From positions 1 through 56,647 of the forward strand of contig JBFMEB010000011.1 in the NCBI GenBank assembly GCA_040753675.1: a stretch of 56,647 nt of DNA. The letters are read 5' to 3'. Source of the stretch: Candidatus Omnitrophota bacterium (GTDB lineage Bacteria; Omnitrophota; Gorgyraeia; JAHJTE01). Numbering within the stretch: the stretch's first letter is position 1; each line of letters begins with the position of its first letter. The notes below the pieces were generated by a model, which did no database searches, had not been told where the DNA came from, and worked only from the letters and a program-made list of their open reading frames with translations. This document shows, one piece after another, positions 44,139 through 54,491 of the stretch. The translations under genes were made by a program, and so were the position numbers.

Positions 44139-45162
44139 AACCTTTAATGCCGTGTTTTTCGTAATAGCGCTGATGATACTCTTCTGCCGGATAAAATTCG
44201 GTTGCCTGAGTAATTTCAGTCACAATTGGCTCTTTAAATTTTTTGGACTTTTCCAACCTTTCCTTTGAAAGCAAGGCAGCTTTTTTCTGCTGATTGTTAA
44301 TATAGAATATTGCCGAACGATATTGCGCGCCTACATCAGGCCCTTGCTTATTTAAGGTTGTCGGGTCATGAATATTCCAGAATACATCAACCAGTTGTTC
44401 ATAACTAATTTTAGAAGGCTGATATGTTACCTCCACTGCTTCTGCATGGCCGGTTTTGCCTGAACAAACATCTTCGTAAGTCGGATTTTTGAAATGGCCG
44501 CCGGTATATCCTACCGTGGTTGAGACCACGCCTTCTATTTTTCGAAACTCTGCTTCGACACCCCAAAAACAGCCTGCGGCAAAAATCGCCTTTTCTAATG
44601 TTTTGTCAGGTTTTGTGTTTGAAATTGCATCGCTTTTAGCAAATTTCAAAGCAACTGAATTTATGCAATAACGCTTTCCAGTTGGTGGCGGGCCGTCATC
44701 AAACACATGGCCTAAATGCGCCTCGCATCTAGCACAGAGCACTTCAATCCTATGCATTGAAAAACTATTGTCTTCTTTTAATCTTACGTTTAAATCTGAA
44801 ACCGGTTGCCAGAAACTTGGCCAGCCTGTACCTGATTCGAATTTCGTCTGGACGCTGAATAAATCAGTGCCACAGCAAACACACTGATATACGCCCTTTT
44901 CTTTAGGTAAGACACAAACACTAAACGCAGGCTCAGTGTCCTTAAGCCTAGTAATTTTAAATTGTTCCGGCGTAAGCATCTTTTTCCACTCTGCATCAGT
45001 TCTGACGATTCTTTCCATCAATTCGACTTTTCCTGTACTAGCGTTAAAAATAGGAATTTTATCTTCTGCTTCTGCGTTTAGTCCTTCCATATTTACTCCC
45101 ACTACAATAAATAAAATTAAAAAAAATTTTAATACTAATCTATCCAACCTTCCACCTATCAC
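44116..45162 (-). CDS. msrAB: Bifunctional methionine sulfoxide reductase MsrB-MsrA with N-terminal export/anchor segment
   Basis: [26 protein letters not shown] (MsrB); GCFWG, GHAEAV, YHQ.Y (MsrA). Confidence 0.93.
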   Translation of the reverse strand: MIGGRLDRLVLKFFLILFIVVGVNMEGLNAEAEDKIPIFNASTGKVELMERIVRTDAEWKKMLTPEQFKITRLKDTEPAFSVCVLPKEKGVYQCVCCGTDLFSVQTKFESGTGWPSFWQPVSDLNVRLKEDNSFSMHRIEVLCARCEAHLGHVFDDGPPPTGKRYCINSVALKFAKSDAISNTKPDKTLEKAIFAAGCFWGVEAEFRKIEGVVSTTVGYTGGHFKNPTYEDVCSGKTGHAEAVEVTYQPSKISYEQLVDVFWNIHDPTTLNKQGPDVGAQYRSAIFYINNQQKKAALLSKERLEKSKKFKEPIVTEITQATEFYPAEEYHQRYYEKHGIKGCAIRHGK

Positions 45163-45539
45163 TATTCTTTTAATAGCTTTTTTATCTCTTCGAAAAGAAC
45201 TTTAATATCTATTGGCTTTAGAATAAAAGAATTAGCCCCCAGTTTGAGGCAACGCTCGGTAATACTCCTGGGCTCTAATCTTTCTCCTGTCAGAAGTATT
45301 ATGGGTATATTTCTTGTAACAGTGTTTTCTTTCAAAAGCTCGCAGACCTCATAGCCATTCATATCCGGCATTAATATATCCAGAAGAATTAAATCAGGCA
45401 TTTCTTTTTTGCACACAGGTAAAACTTTTTTAGCCTCAGAAACAGTTACAGTTGAATAATTTTGCATCTGGAGCCGCTTCTTTATTGCCTCTAAAGCATC
45501 AACCTCATCATCAACAACTAATATCTTATTTTTTTTCAT
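45162..45539 (-). CDS. Single-domain response regulator
   Basis: [20 protein letters not shown]. Confidence 0.9.
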   Translation of the reverse strand: MKKNKILVVDDEVDALEAIKKRLQMQNYSTVTVSEAKKVLPVCKKEMPDLILLDILMPDMNGYEVCELLKENTVTRNIPIILLTGERLEPRSITERCLKLGANSFILKPIDIKVLFEEIKKLLKE

Positions 45540-45561
45540 TTCAGACCTCTCTCTTATTTAG

Positions 45562-46707
45562 TTATACACCTTGAGATAACTTGTCACGTTTTAATTTTGA
45601 AAATGATTTCTTGTTATGTAATAAACTATAGAGAGCAGTTACTTTTGCACATTTCCTAAATCGTTGCTGCTTTATTATGGCACTTATTTGACCAGGCATT
45701 GAACTCGCCTTGGTATTTGGTCTTTTAGAATAATTGAAAAATTGGATAAACACGCCTTTAGAACTTAGCCATTCTACTAGTTTAAGGGTGTCTAGAAAAT
45801 CCCTCTTCGTCTCTGATGGAAAGCCAACTATGATATCTGTCTTTAATTCAAGTTTTGGATTCCATTCAATTATTTTTTCTATACAATATTTAAAATCATC
45901 CACAGTGTATGGCCTTTCCATTAATTGGATTATTCGATCACTGCCCGATTGCACCGGTATATTCATACGCAAAATTTTACCTGACCGGATTATATCTTCT
46001 AAAGACGGCAGCATTTCTTTTAACTTGTTAGGGGTAAAATGAGACAAGAAGAATTTACATTCACTGTGTTCTTGGTAAAGTTTATTAACTAGAAAGGCAA
46101 GAGATGTTGACAGATCTAGGCCATAGCTTCCGGCATCATTTGCTACTAAAACAAATTTTTTATAGCCCTTCTCGTAAGCTAAATGGTATTCCTTAAGTAT
46201 ATCTTCAATTGGCCTACTGCGGGGCCTTCCAAAAACAAATTTTACTGCACAATAAGTACACTTGCCGAAACAGCCCCAGCCTATCCTAAGATGATATACG
46301 TCTTTTCTCTCAATTCTTTTTAAGTTTTTGACAGGATATATATATTTTGTGATGCTAAACTGAGAACTCTTACTTAATAATTTTTCTAATTCACCCAGAG
46401 AATTCGCACTTATGGCAAGGCCTTTAAATATACGTTTAAGCCGGACTTTATTAATAGAAGGAAGACAACCTGATACAATTAACTGCGCATTTGGATTTTT
46501 TTCTTTTTCAGCTTTCTTAATATAATCTATTGAATTGTCTTCTGCTTGCTTTGAACAGGCACAGGTATATACAATAACGATATTAGATGACTCTATCTTT
46601 CTCGCTAATCTCCAGCCATTATTGTTTAAATAAGTCTTAATTAAAGTTAAATCTGTAAAACCTGGAGTACATCCGATATTTGTGTCTATCAAAAATGCTC
46701 TTTTCAT
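45562..46707 (-). CDS. MiaB/RimO-like radical SAM protein (UPF0004 + rSAM, no TRAM domain)
   Basis: GC..D and YTCA in the N-domain, SGCLP, CFGKCTYC, PVQSGSD, DIIVGFP.ET, YS.RP.T.A. Confidence 0.8.
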   Translation of the reverse strand: MKRAFLIDTNIGCTPGFTDLTLIKTYLNNNGWRLARKIESSNIVIVYTCACSKQAEDNSIDYIKKAEKEKNPNAQLIVSGCLPSINKVRLKRIFKGLAISANSLGELEKLLSKSSQFSITKYIYPVKNLKRIERKDVYHLRIGWGCFGKCTYCAVKFVFGRPRSRPIEDILKEYHLAYEKGYKKFVLVANDAGSYGLDLSTSLAFLVNKLYQEHSECKFFLSHFTPNKLKEMLPSLEDIIRSGKILRMNIPVQSGSDRIIQLMERPYTVDDFKYCIEKIIEWNPKLELKTDIIVGFPSETKRDFLDTLKLVEWLSSKGVFIQFFNYSKRPNTKASSMPGQISAIIKQQRFRKCAKVTALYSLLHNKKSFSKLKRDKLSQGV

Positions 46708-46758
46708 TTATTATTAAAATTCTTTATAGAAAGACTAAAATCAAACTTGCTGTTGGCT

Positions 46759-47151
46759 CTATTTAGCTCTAATTTCTTTTTTAAGCTTGCCGCTGATGTT
46801 GCAGTATGCTTCAAGGCTAATGGTATCGCCAACTTTTGCATCAGGAATAAGGTAACTGACAGTCTGTGTAGTATTATTGTCCTGCCTTGAAATTTTATGC
46901 TCAATTATCTTTTTAGTATTTAAATACACCTCAACCCTTTTGATAAAATGATTTAGAGGATTATTAACCTGATGGCGGATAACAGCATTTATCATTTTGG
47001 TTTTAGAATTAAAAGTTATAGCAATATCAGATGGTGGATGGGCATAAGCCTCGGACTGAAAAATTTCTTCTAAAATAAATGGACTTACACCAACGCCTAA
47101 TGTAACTACGCAAGCCCTTTTTAAAAACTGTTTACGTGTAATTTTTTCCAT
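46759..47151 (-). CDS. Exported (TAT-like signal) superoxide-reductase/desulfoferrodoxin-like protein
   Basis: TRKQFLK signal, AYA/HPP, RH, HFI, AYCNISG. Confidence 0.6.
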   Translation of the reverse strand: MEKITRKQFLKRACVVTLGVGVSPFILEEIFQSEAYAHPPSDIAITFNSKTKMINAVIRHQVNNPLNHFIKRVEVYLNTKKIIEHKISRQDNNTTQTVSYLIPDAKVGDTISLEAYCNISGKLKKEIRAK

Positions 47152-47159
47152 AGCTCACC

Positions 47160-47903
47160 TCACTTCTTAATACTCAATTTTTCCAAAATGGGTACGCTAA
47201 GATTGAATACAAGTAGGGCAAAAATTTCAACATCGAATCTAACACCAACATTGCTTAAAATAAAAATAAGACCAGCTACACCTGTGCCAAAAATAATCTT
47301 AGCTAAAGGTTTTATCGGAGTTGTTTTTGGCTCAATGAGCATAATAAAAATATAAAAATAACTCAAATAGCCAAAGATATTTATTAAAGGCACTTTCTGG
47401 ATAAAAGACTGGATTGCAAAAAGACCTAAAGAAACAGCAAAATAACTTATCAATAGTTCCATTTTTCTAATCTTTGCAATAAAATAAATTCCAAATGGCA
47501 CAAGGATATACCAAGCGTATGTGCCTTTCCACTGGGTTGATGCGCCAAAGAAAATAATACTTAAAAATATGCCAAATGCTGCGGGGTTGAATATATGTTT
47601 ATTTTTGAGCCTAATTAAATATTTAGAGCCAATTGCCAACACTGTTGCCGCGACAAATATCCACCAGATATTATCACTTGCAAGAACAAAACCGACAATT
47701 AGGCCAGAGATAATACAACTTTCAGTTATCGAAAACTTTTTTTCTTTTAAATAATTTAGGCTCGACTCTATGATTATCGCAGAAATAACTGCAGCAGAAC
47801 AGCTTAATAAAAATTTAACATCTTTATCTATAATTGAAAGATAAATTCCAAAACCTGATAAGAAAAATATTAGTTGAGTTTTTATTGAGGCAAGTTTACT
47901 CAT
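47160..47903 (-). CDS. Stand-alone NqrB/RnfD-like membrane protein
   Basis: LAIGSKY...KHIFNPAAFG and FIMLIEPKTTP. Confidence 0.8.
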   Translation of the reverse strand: MSKLASIKTQLIFFLSGFGIYLSIIDKDVKFLLSCSAAVISAIIIESSLNYLKEKKFSITESCIISGLIVGFVLASDNIWWIFVAATVLAIGSKYLIRLKNKHIFNPAAFGIFLSIIFFGASTQWKGTYAWYILVPFGIYFIAKIRKMELLISYFAVSLGLFAIQSFIQKVPLINIFGYLSYFYIFIMLIEPKTTPIKPLAKIIFGTGVAGLIFILSNVGVRFDVEIFALLVFNLSVPILEKLSIKK

Positions 47904-49018
47904 TTAAGAATTACGTTGGCTAAATATCCAAGCATCACAATCTGCGGCACAGTTATAATCGGCATCCACAAGGCAGTGCGCCTTCCTACGTTAGACCATA
48001 AAAGGCCTATTTCAGTATAATCTGTTGCAACCCCAGCCATTAAAAATACAAAGCTGTTTCCCAGGGCGCCGGTCTGGCGATATATCTCAAAAGCAAGAGG
48101 CGATGAGCCTTCAGAACAAACTTCGATTATCGTAGCCAAAATTAATGTTACAAATAACCCCAGCAAAGTCGGGCCCATAAATTTATGGAAGAAATTCATC
48201 GGGATATATGCACCAGCAATACTGGCAATGAACATACCCAATATAATCCACCAGAGGACCATATCAGAAAGGACTAAGGCTCCATTAATAATGCCCTTTA
48301 AATCAGAAAACAAATTATTAAAACTAAATTTATATTTTTTTAACTCTTTCCTAAAATGTCCAAGAATAGAAAAGTCTTCTGAGACCTCTACTGTATTTTT
48401 GTTCTTTTCAATAAGGCCTTTCTTATCAAGGAGCATAAAAATAAAACCAGTATTAATCGCAACTATTATTGCTGCAAGAATAATCAACAAACCTTTTAAG
48501 CCGAAAAACCCAATGAGCATAACTGTGATTGTAAAATTAGCCCAGGGGCTTGCCAAGAGAAAACTTACCACAGCCGGATTTGAAGCACCTTTTTTATGTA
48601 GTTGCATTGAGAGCGCTAAGATGCCATGACTGCAGGCACTCATTAAAAAGCCTAAGAATACTGCATTAAATATTGTCTTTGGGCTTTTACGCGCAAGAAT
48701 TTTGGATATATATTCCTGCGGCACATAATAATCAATTACTCCGCCTAAAAACAGGCCTAAGCCAACTGCCCACCAGATTAATTTTATATATTCTAACAAT
48801 GCCTTACGAAATGGAATAAAAACAGGAATAAAAAATGAAAGAATTATTAGCGAGATTGGAATAATACAGACAATGAATAATCTATTTTTAAAAAGAGGTT
48901 GTTTTAAAAATTTATCTTTGCAATGAGTGCTGCAGAAAAAATAAAAAACGCCATCTTTATTCACTTTGATGGCGTTTTCTTCATCAACCTGCATTCCGCA
49001 AATAGGATCTTTGCTCAT
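47900..49018 (-). CDS. YHS domain fused to a DUF318/ArsP-type permease
   Basis: KDPICGM..FFCS.HC, then ACSHG..FLLASP and VCSEG..P..FLMAG. Confidence 0.85.
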   Translation of the reverse strand: MSKDPICGMQVDEENAIKVNKDGVFYFFCSTHCKDKFLKQPLFKNRLFIVCIIPISLIILSFFIPVFIPFRKALLEYIKLIWWAVGLGLFLGGVIDYYVPQEYISKILARKSPKTIFNAVFLGFLMSACSHGILALSMQLHKKGASNPAVVSFLLASPWANFTITVMLIGFFGLKGLLIILAAIIVAINTGFIFMLLDKKGLIEKNKNTVEVSEDFSILGHFRKELKKYKFSFNNLFSDLKGIINGALVLSDMVLWWIILGMFIASIAGAYIPMNFFHKFMGPTLLGLFVTLILATIIEVCSEGSSPLAFEIYRQTGALGNSFVFLMAGVATDYTEIGLLWSNVGRRTALWMPIITVPQIVMLGYLANVILK

Positions 49019-49021
49019 AAC

Positions 49022-49717
49022 CTAATCTCCAACGTCTGCCTCGACTCTTACAAAAACTTCAGGGTAAATCGGATCATCAGTAGTAACCTGCACCTCCCTG
49101 ATTAATTTGCCTATTCCTACTGAACTATGAAGCAAATCGATTATAATATCTAATTGCGCGCTCTCTTGCGGTTTTAATTTGACCTGCCAACCCTTAGGTG
49201 CGCCGCTAATATTAAAAGTATGGCTTTTAATTTTATTCGCTGTCAATGAAACGCTAACACAAGAGCATAGTGATTTAACATTCTTAATGGCAAGAGGAGC
49301 AGTGCCTTTATTTATCACTTTGAATGTTTTGCTGATAATAATCTGCTTTTTGCTTACTTTGCCAAAGTCAAAAACTATTGGCTCTATTGAAACTTCAGGC
49401 CGTTTATCCCCTGCTTCTTTTAGCAATCTTTTCTCGACATCTGATTTTACCTTCTCATCTATGATTACTTTCAATGTGAATTTCTTGGCTATTTTATAAA
49501 AAATTTCATCTTTTCCTAAGCCTGCTTCTAAAAGTCCTTCGATATATGCCTTCATCTGTTTTGCCTCAGGACAGGTGCATGTTTCAAATGACTCTTTACA
49601 AGGACAACATTTAAGTTTGGAATAAATATCTGATTTAATATCACTAAAAGCATTACTTACAAAAAGAATACCTATAAAAATAAGAATAAACGCGATCTTT
49701 TTATTAACCTTAACCAT
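49022..49717 (-). CDS. Exported protein: CcmH-like Cys domain + DUF1573 Ig-like domain
   Basis: Signal peptide; LKCCPC...CTC..A..MK.YI..LL..G...DEI; FDFG.V...F.V.N.G..PL.I..V.S.CSC. Confidence 0.7.
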   Translation of the reverse strand: MVKVNKKIAFILIFIGILFVSNAFSDIKSDIYSKLKCCPCKESFETCTCPEAKQMKAYIEGLLEAGLGKDEIFYKIAKKFTLKVIIDEKVKSDVEKRLLKEAGDKRPEVSIEPIVFDFGKVSKKQIIISKTFKVINKGTAPLAIKNVKSLCSCVSVSLTANKIKSHTFNISGAPKGWQVKLKPQESAQLDIIIDLLHSSVGIGKLIREVQVTTDDPIYPEVFVRVEADVGD

Positions 49718-49732
49718 TATTTACCTCCAAAT

Positions 49733-50698
49733 TTATTGATAACTAGACAATTGTTTAATGCGTTTAAGCATATTCGGATGAGTGCTCATTATCTCAAGAA
49801 GCCTCTCGCCAAAATTAATGTTTACACTTTTAGAACGCAAATACTGTAATTCTTGGGCATCAATCGTACCTGACTTGTCTAAGTCTAATTGCCGTAATTC
49901 TTTTATTTCATTTATTGCCTGAGATGGGTCATTTACAAAAAATGCCTTCAGGCCTTCCACTTCTTTCATTTCGTCTTTATCGATTCGCGCTGAGCCGTAA
50001 ACAAGTTTATATAAAGCGCTTGCCAAATTTTTAGGTGCGCAACCTAATGATACTGCGCCACGGTCAGCAAAATACTCTCTTATCCTTGAGGCATAAAGCA
50101 CAAGAAGGTTTGTAATAAAGTAAAAAAACATTGCTGTAATTCCGATAAGCGCGGCATTGCCAGCGCCTTGTCTGCGACGGCCTCCTCCGTAATACAGGGT
50201 AGACACAGCAATACGATAAAGCAATATGGGAATTACTGAAAGCAAGGTAATAGTAAGCACGTCGCTGTTTTTTAGGTGAGTTATCTCATGTCCTAAGACA
50301 GCGCGCAATTCATCTTCGCTTAACAAATCCATAATTCCTCTGGTAACGCAGATGCGGCCGTCTGTTTTCCAGCGGCCAAAGGCAAAGGCATTGGGAATAT
50401 TGATATCAGCAATGCCTACCTTAGGCATTGGTATATTTGCATGCGTGCTTAAATTCCTGACCATAGAATATAGGTTTGGCTGTTCCCTTTCAGAGACATA
50501 TCTTACCCTCATACTCCACTCAATAAGTTTTGGACCAACCATATACTGAATTAACATCATAAATAACGACAACCATAAATAGAACCAAAAACCTCCAACA
50601 CCCAAAGACGTTCCTACAGTTACCACAACCCCATAGACAATGCTAAACAAAATAATCACCAAAAACCACATCCTCAATTTTAACCAGACTAATGACAT
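49733..50698 (-). CDS. htpX: Zinc metalloprotease HtpX
   Basis: PNAFAFG, AVLGHEITH, SRIREYFAD, STHP...KRI. Confidence 0.93.
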   Translation of the reverse strand: MSLVWLKLRMWFLVIILFSIVYGVVVTVGTSLGVGGFWFYLWLSLFMMLIQYMVGPKLIEWSMRVRYVSEREQPNLYSMVRNLSTHANIPMPKVGIADINIPNAFAFGRWKTDGRICVTRGIMDLLSEDELRAVLGHEITHLKNSDVLTITLLSVIPILLYRIAVSTLYYGGGRRRQGAGNAALIGITAMFFYFITNLLVLYASRIREYFADRGAVSLGCAPKNLASALYKLVYGSARIDKDEMKEVEGLKAFFVNDPSQAINEIKELRQLDLDKSGTIDAQELQYLRSKSVNINFGERLLEIMSTHPNMLKRIKQLSSYQ

Positions 50699-50813
50699 AT
50701 TAATTACCCCCTGTTTTTTTAATCTATTAGATTCATTTTATCGCATTCTATACTAAGATGCAAAATTAAAAATGCAAGTTTATTTTTCATTTATCACTCT
50801 GCTTATCTGTTAA

Positions 50814-51713
50814 TTAGGAAATTATTATCGCTCTCTTAAATACTTCTACTACGCCTGGGTCAAACTGAGTGCCTGAACATTTCTCCAATTCTTCAAGGGC
50901 AGCTCTAAAGCTCAATCTGTTTCTATAGGGCCTGTCACTTGTCATAGCGTCAAAGGCATCAGCAACAGCTAATATCCCGGCAATCAGACGAGCATTGCAT
51001 AAAGTCTCTTCTAAAGAATCGACTCTCTCGTCAAATCTTCTATGATGATAAAGAATAATTGGCAAAATAGGAGATAAGAAATCCAATCTGGAAAGAATTT
51101 TCTGGCTATGCTCTGGATGCCTGCGCATTATTAGCCACTCGTCCTCTTCGAGCGGCTCCTTTTTATGTAATATTCTATCTGGCACTGCGAGTTTTCCTAT
51201 ATCATGCAATAAAGCAGCTTGTTCTAAGTAATTTATTTCAGTCTCTGAGAGAAACATCTCTTTGGCTATTAAACAAGCGTATTTAGCTACTCTTTCTGAA
51301 TGGCCTTGAGTATAAGTATCTCTAGCGTCTGTTGCCTCTGCTAAGGCTTTTAACGTAGAAATATAAGTTTCTTTTAGTTTCTTTACATATCGCCTTTGTC
51401 TGTCGGCAAGTAAACCTACGATAATACTTGGAACTGAAACAAGCAATACTTCAGAAATCTCATGCTTAGTTAAAACTCCATCTGCCAACATAGATAATAT
51501 TATCGGAAAAATAATAAGACTAAGCCAAATAACCCCATTGTGCAGTCCTTGATAATAGCACTTGATGAGCATCAAAATCATCAAAGAGATTACGATGATA
51601 TGCAGATAAAACATATTCTTATAAAATAAAAATAGACTTATGCCTCCTAACAAAAATAGAATATCCAAAACTAAATTTTTAGTTTTATCTCTTACTGTCG
51701 AGATTACTTTCAT
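50814..51713 (-). CDS. Membrane-anchored HD-GYP-like protein lacking the GYP loop
   Basis: YTQGHSERV, LHDIGK, YHHRRFD (no G-Y-P), VADAFDAMTSDRPYR. Confidence 0.85.
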   Translation of the reverse strand: MKVISTVRDKTKNLVLDILFLLGGISLFLFYKNMFYLHIIVISLMILMLIKCYYQGLHNGVIWLSLIIFPIILSMLADGVLTKHEISEVLLVSVPSIIVGLLADRQRRYVKKLKETYISTLKALAEATDARDTYTQGHSERVAKYACLIAKEMFLSETEINYLEQAALLHDIGKLAVPDRILHKKEPLEEDEWLIMRRHPEHSQKILSRLDFLSPILPIILYHHRRFDERVDSLEETLCNARLIAGILAVADAFDAMTSDRPYRNRLSFRAALEELEKCSGTQFDPGVVEVFKRAIIIS

Positions 51714-51719
51714 TTTTCT

Positions 51720-53564
51720 CTAATATAAATATGAGTTTAAAACATACTGCTGAACCATGCGGTGAGTGTTAAAAAAAGAACCATTCATAGCAATTGCATG
51801 GCGCATTATATTAATCCAATTTTCCTTATTCGAATAAAATGTGGGAACTATTGTAAATTCTAACTTGTCATATAAGAAACTTGCATCCTGCTGGTCGTTA
51901 CTTTCTACATCGGCAGAAGAACCTACTGCCCATCCAGTAATCCCTTCAATACATCCTTCAATCCACCAGCCATCTAAAATGCTTAAGGAAGGCACTCCAT
52001 TATGAGCAGCTTTCATACCAGAAGTTCCTGAGGCCTCTTGTGGTTTACGCGGACTGTTAAGCCATAGATCAACGCCGCAAATGAGCATCTTTGCCAATTC
52101 CATATCGTAATCTTGGAGGTAGACAATTTTAATCTGATCTTTTAGTGCGCCGGATGCCGCAATTACTCTCTTTATCACCTCTTTGCCTGGCAAATCTTTT
52201 GGGTGCGCTTTTCCAGAAAATATAAATTGTAATCTGCCTGCATCCTTGGAAATTTTAATTAATCTATTCATATCAGAAAATACCAGATCTGCGCGTTTGT
52301 AGGTAGCAGCCCTGCGGGCAAAGCCTATTGTCAAAGACCAATCATCCATGCCAGCGCCTGTTTTTTTATTAACATAATTGATGAGCCTATTCTTTACTTT
52401 CTCGTGTGCCTTCCATATTTCATCTTTTGGAATACCCAAGGCATAACGTAAACTAAATGGGTCATTACTCCAGCCTGGGATATATTTATCATAAAGTTTT
52501 TTAAAACTATCGCAGACCCATGTCAAAGAGTGCACACCATTAGTAATAGATTCTATTGAGTAGCCAGGGAACATTGATTGTGAAACCTCACCGTGCTTCT
52601 TTGCTACACCATTTACATATTTACTTAGGTTTAAAGCAAGCAATGTCATATTCAACCGTTCTTCGCCGCCTAACATCTTTAAAACATCTAAAGGCAGGAA
52701 TCCTCTTAATGCATTATTTACCAAATCATAAGGAAACTGGTCGTGGCCTGCTGGCACAGGTGTATGCGTGGTAAATACACAATGCTCCCGGACTGCCTCA
52801 AAATCCCACACTGGTTCTTTGCTTCTTTTTAGCTCACTTAATAATTCAAGAGTCAAAAAAGCAGCATGTCCTTCATTCATATGATACTTTTTTATTCCTG
52901 TAAACCCAAGAGCTTTGAGCATCCGCACTCCGCCTATTCCTAAGATAATCTCTTGAAGTAATCTATACCATTGGTCTCCTCCATAGAGATAATCATTAAG
53001 TCCTCTATCATATTCACTATTCTCTTTTAAGTCAGTATCTAAGAATATAATCGGCACAGTATGGCCAGTTATGCCTAAATAATCGTATTGCCAGGCACTG
53101 ATACTTACAATTCTATCCTCTATTTGCACCTTAACTTTATTTGGAAGAGGTTTTAAGAAATCTTTTGGATTCCATTGGACGGGAAATTCCTGCTGATTTC
53201 CTGCGTCATCTAATTTTTGACTAAAATAGCCCTTTTCATAAAGAATAGTAACTGCAACCATAGGCACTTTAAGGTCAGCACAAGACTTTATAGTATCTCC
53301 TGCCAAAACTCCAAGGCCGCCGCTGTAAGTAGGGATACGCGAATCAATCCCTATCTCCATTGAAAAATAAGCAATCTTTCTCTCTTTCTCTTCTTCTTTT
53401 AAACTGACAGGAGATTGTTTTTGTTTTAAATATTTTTCTGGCGAATTCTGGAAAACATTTTTACAAAGAACAGAGCAAAAATAAAATACTTCACCTTTAT
53501 AGTCATATTTAAACTCTTCCTTTGCAATCATTCCACAAACAGGGTCTTTATGCATTTTTCTCAA
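51720..53564 (-). CDS. glgP: Alpha-glucan phosphorylase (GT35) with an N-terminal YHS domain
   Basis: [27 protein letters not shown]...[12 protein letters not shown]; N-terminal KDPVCGM..YFCS..C. Confidence 0.92.
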   Translation of the reverse strand: MRKMHKDPVCGMIAKEEFKYDYKGEVFYFCSVLCKNVFQNSPEKYLKQKQSPVSLKEEEKERKIAYFSMEIGIDSRIPTYSGGLGVLAGDTIKSCADLKVPMVAVTILYEKGYFSQKLDDAGNQQEFPVQWNPKDFLKPLPNKVKVQIEDRIVSISAWQYDYLGITGHTVPIIFLDTDLKENSEYDRGLNDYLYGGDQWYRLLQEIILGIGGVRMLKALGFTGIKKYHMNEGHAAFLTLELLSELKRSKEPVWDFEAVREHCVFTTHTPVPAGHDQFPYDLVNNALRGFLPLDVLKMLGGEERLNMTLLALNLSKYVNGVAKKHGEVSQSMFPGYSIESITNGVHSLTWVCDSFKKLYDKYIPGWSNDPFSLRYALGIPKDEIWKAHEKVKNRLINYVNKKTGAGMDDWSLTIGFARRAATYKRADLVFSDMNRLIKISKDAGRLQFIFSGKAHPKDLPGKEVIKRVIAASGALKDQIKIVYLQDYDMELAKMLICGVDLWLNSPRKPQEASGTSGMKAAHNGVPSLSILDGWWIEGCIEGITGWAVGSSADVESNDQQDASFLYDKLEFTIVPTFYSNKENWINIMRHAIAMNGSFFNTHRMVQQYVLNSYLY

Positions 53565-54276
53565 TCAGTTACCTCTGCCTCAACCCTAACAGTCATTTCT
53601 GGATAAAGTGGGTCATTGCTGACTATGAAGGCATCTCTAATTAATTTCCCTATTCTGACATGTGGGCTAGCCAAATCTACCATTAATTCTAAATCTGCGC
53701 TTTCCCCTGGTTTAATCTCTTCCTGCCAATCTTTCGGAGAACCTTCAGTGCCAAAATATGGGCTCTTAACTTTATTTAGCCTTAACGAAACAGTGGCACA
53801 AGGACAAGATGTTTTTATGCTCTTGATAATTAATGGCGAGTTGCCATTGTTAGACAATTTAAAAATTTTACTAATTTTCCCCTGTTTTTTACTTACCTTG
53901 GCAAAATCAAAAGAAGTAGAGTCTAAATTAAGCTTAGGTTGTTTCTCGCCAGATTCTTTAATTAATCTTTTCTCTATGTCTGCTTTGATTTGTTTGTCCA
54001 TTATCGCTTTAAGGGTAAACTTTTTAGCCACCTTATAGAAAATCTCATCGCGCGCAATACTGGCTTCTAAAAGTGCGTCGATATATGCCTTCATCTCTCT
54101 AGATTTGGGACAGTTGCATTTATCAACGGTCATGTCTTTACAAGTAATGCAGACAATCTTGGAATAAATATCAGCTTTTAAATCATCTTTATTTTGAGCA
54201 AAACTAATTTGTAAAAAAATATTAAGCAAATAAATAATAAAATAACAACGAAATGGATTTTATGGTAAATATTCAT
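53561..54276 (-). CDS. CcmH-like + DUF1573 paralog; signal peptide out of frame at a T7 tract (54213-54219)
   Basis: Mature part parallels 49022-49717. The ATG at 54276 (AGGAG RBS) joins the main ORF only if the tract is T8. Confidence 0.75.
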
Positions 54277-54301
54277 CTTAGTAAACTCCTTTTACTTAAA
54301 A

Positions 54302-54478
54302 CTAATCATACTCGATGTTCGGCTTTGATTCATTTGAATAATCGGATGGCATAGACTCGAATACTTCGCTAGAGAGCGGACAACACACCAGATAATCTTT
54401 GTCCTTATATTTCAATATCTTATAAGCCTTGCCTTTCTCTATCAACTTACTACAAACTGAACATTTACTTTTACTCAT
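54302..54478 (-). CDS. Small TRASH/YHS-like protein (not in the ORF track, 58 aa)
   Basis: AGGAGG RBS; MSKSKCSVCSKLIEKGKAYKILKYKDKDYLVCCPLSSEVFESMPSDYSNESKPNIEYD. Confidence 0.8.
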   Translation of the reverse strand: MSKSKCSVCSKLIEKGKAYKILKYKDKDYLVCCPLSSEVFESMPSDYSNESKPNIEYD

Positions 54479-54491
54479 TTAACCTCCTGTT

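Noticed and set aside
45562-46707. This gene as miaB itself or as the source of the 5' fragments
   Set aside because: Its N-terminus (FLIDTNIGCTPG) lacks T[FY]GCQMN, it has no TRAM domain, and it is 43 kb away.
46704-46904. 66-aa minus-strand ORF; also 1027-1227, 6203-6421, 16741-16956 and 44790-44996
   Set aside because: Alternative-frame or antisense overlaps of well-supported genes, with no motifs.
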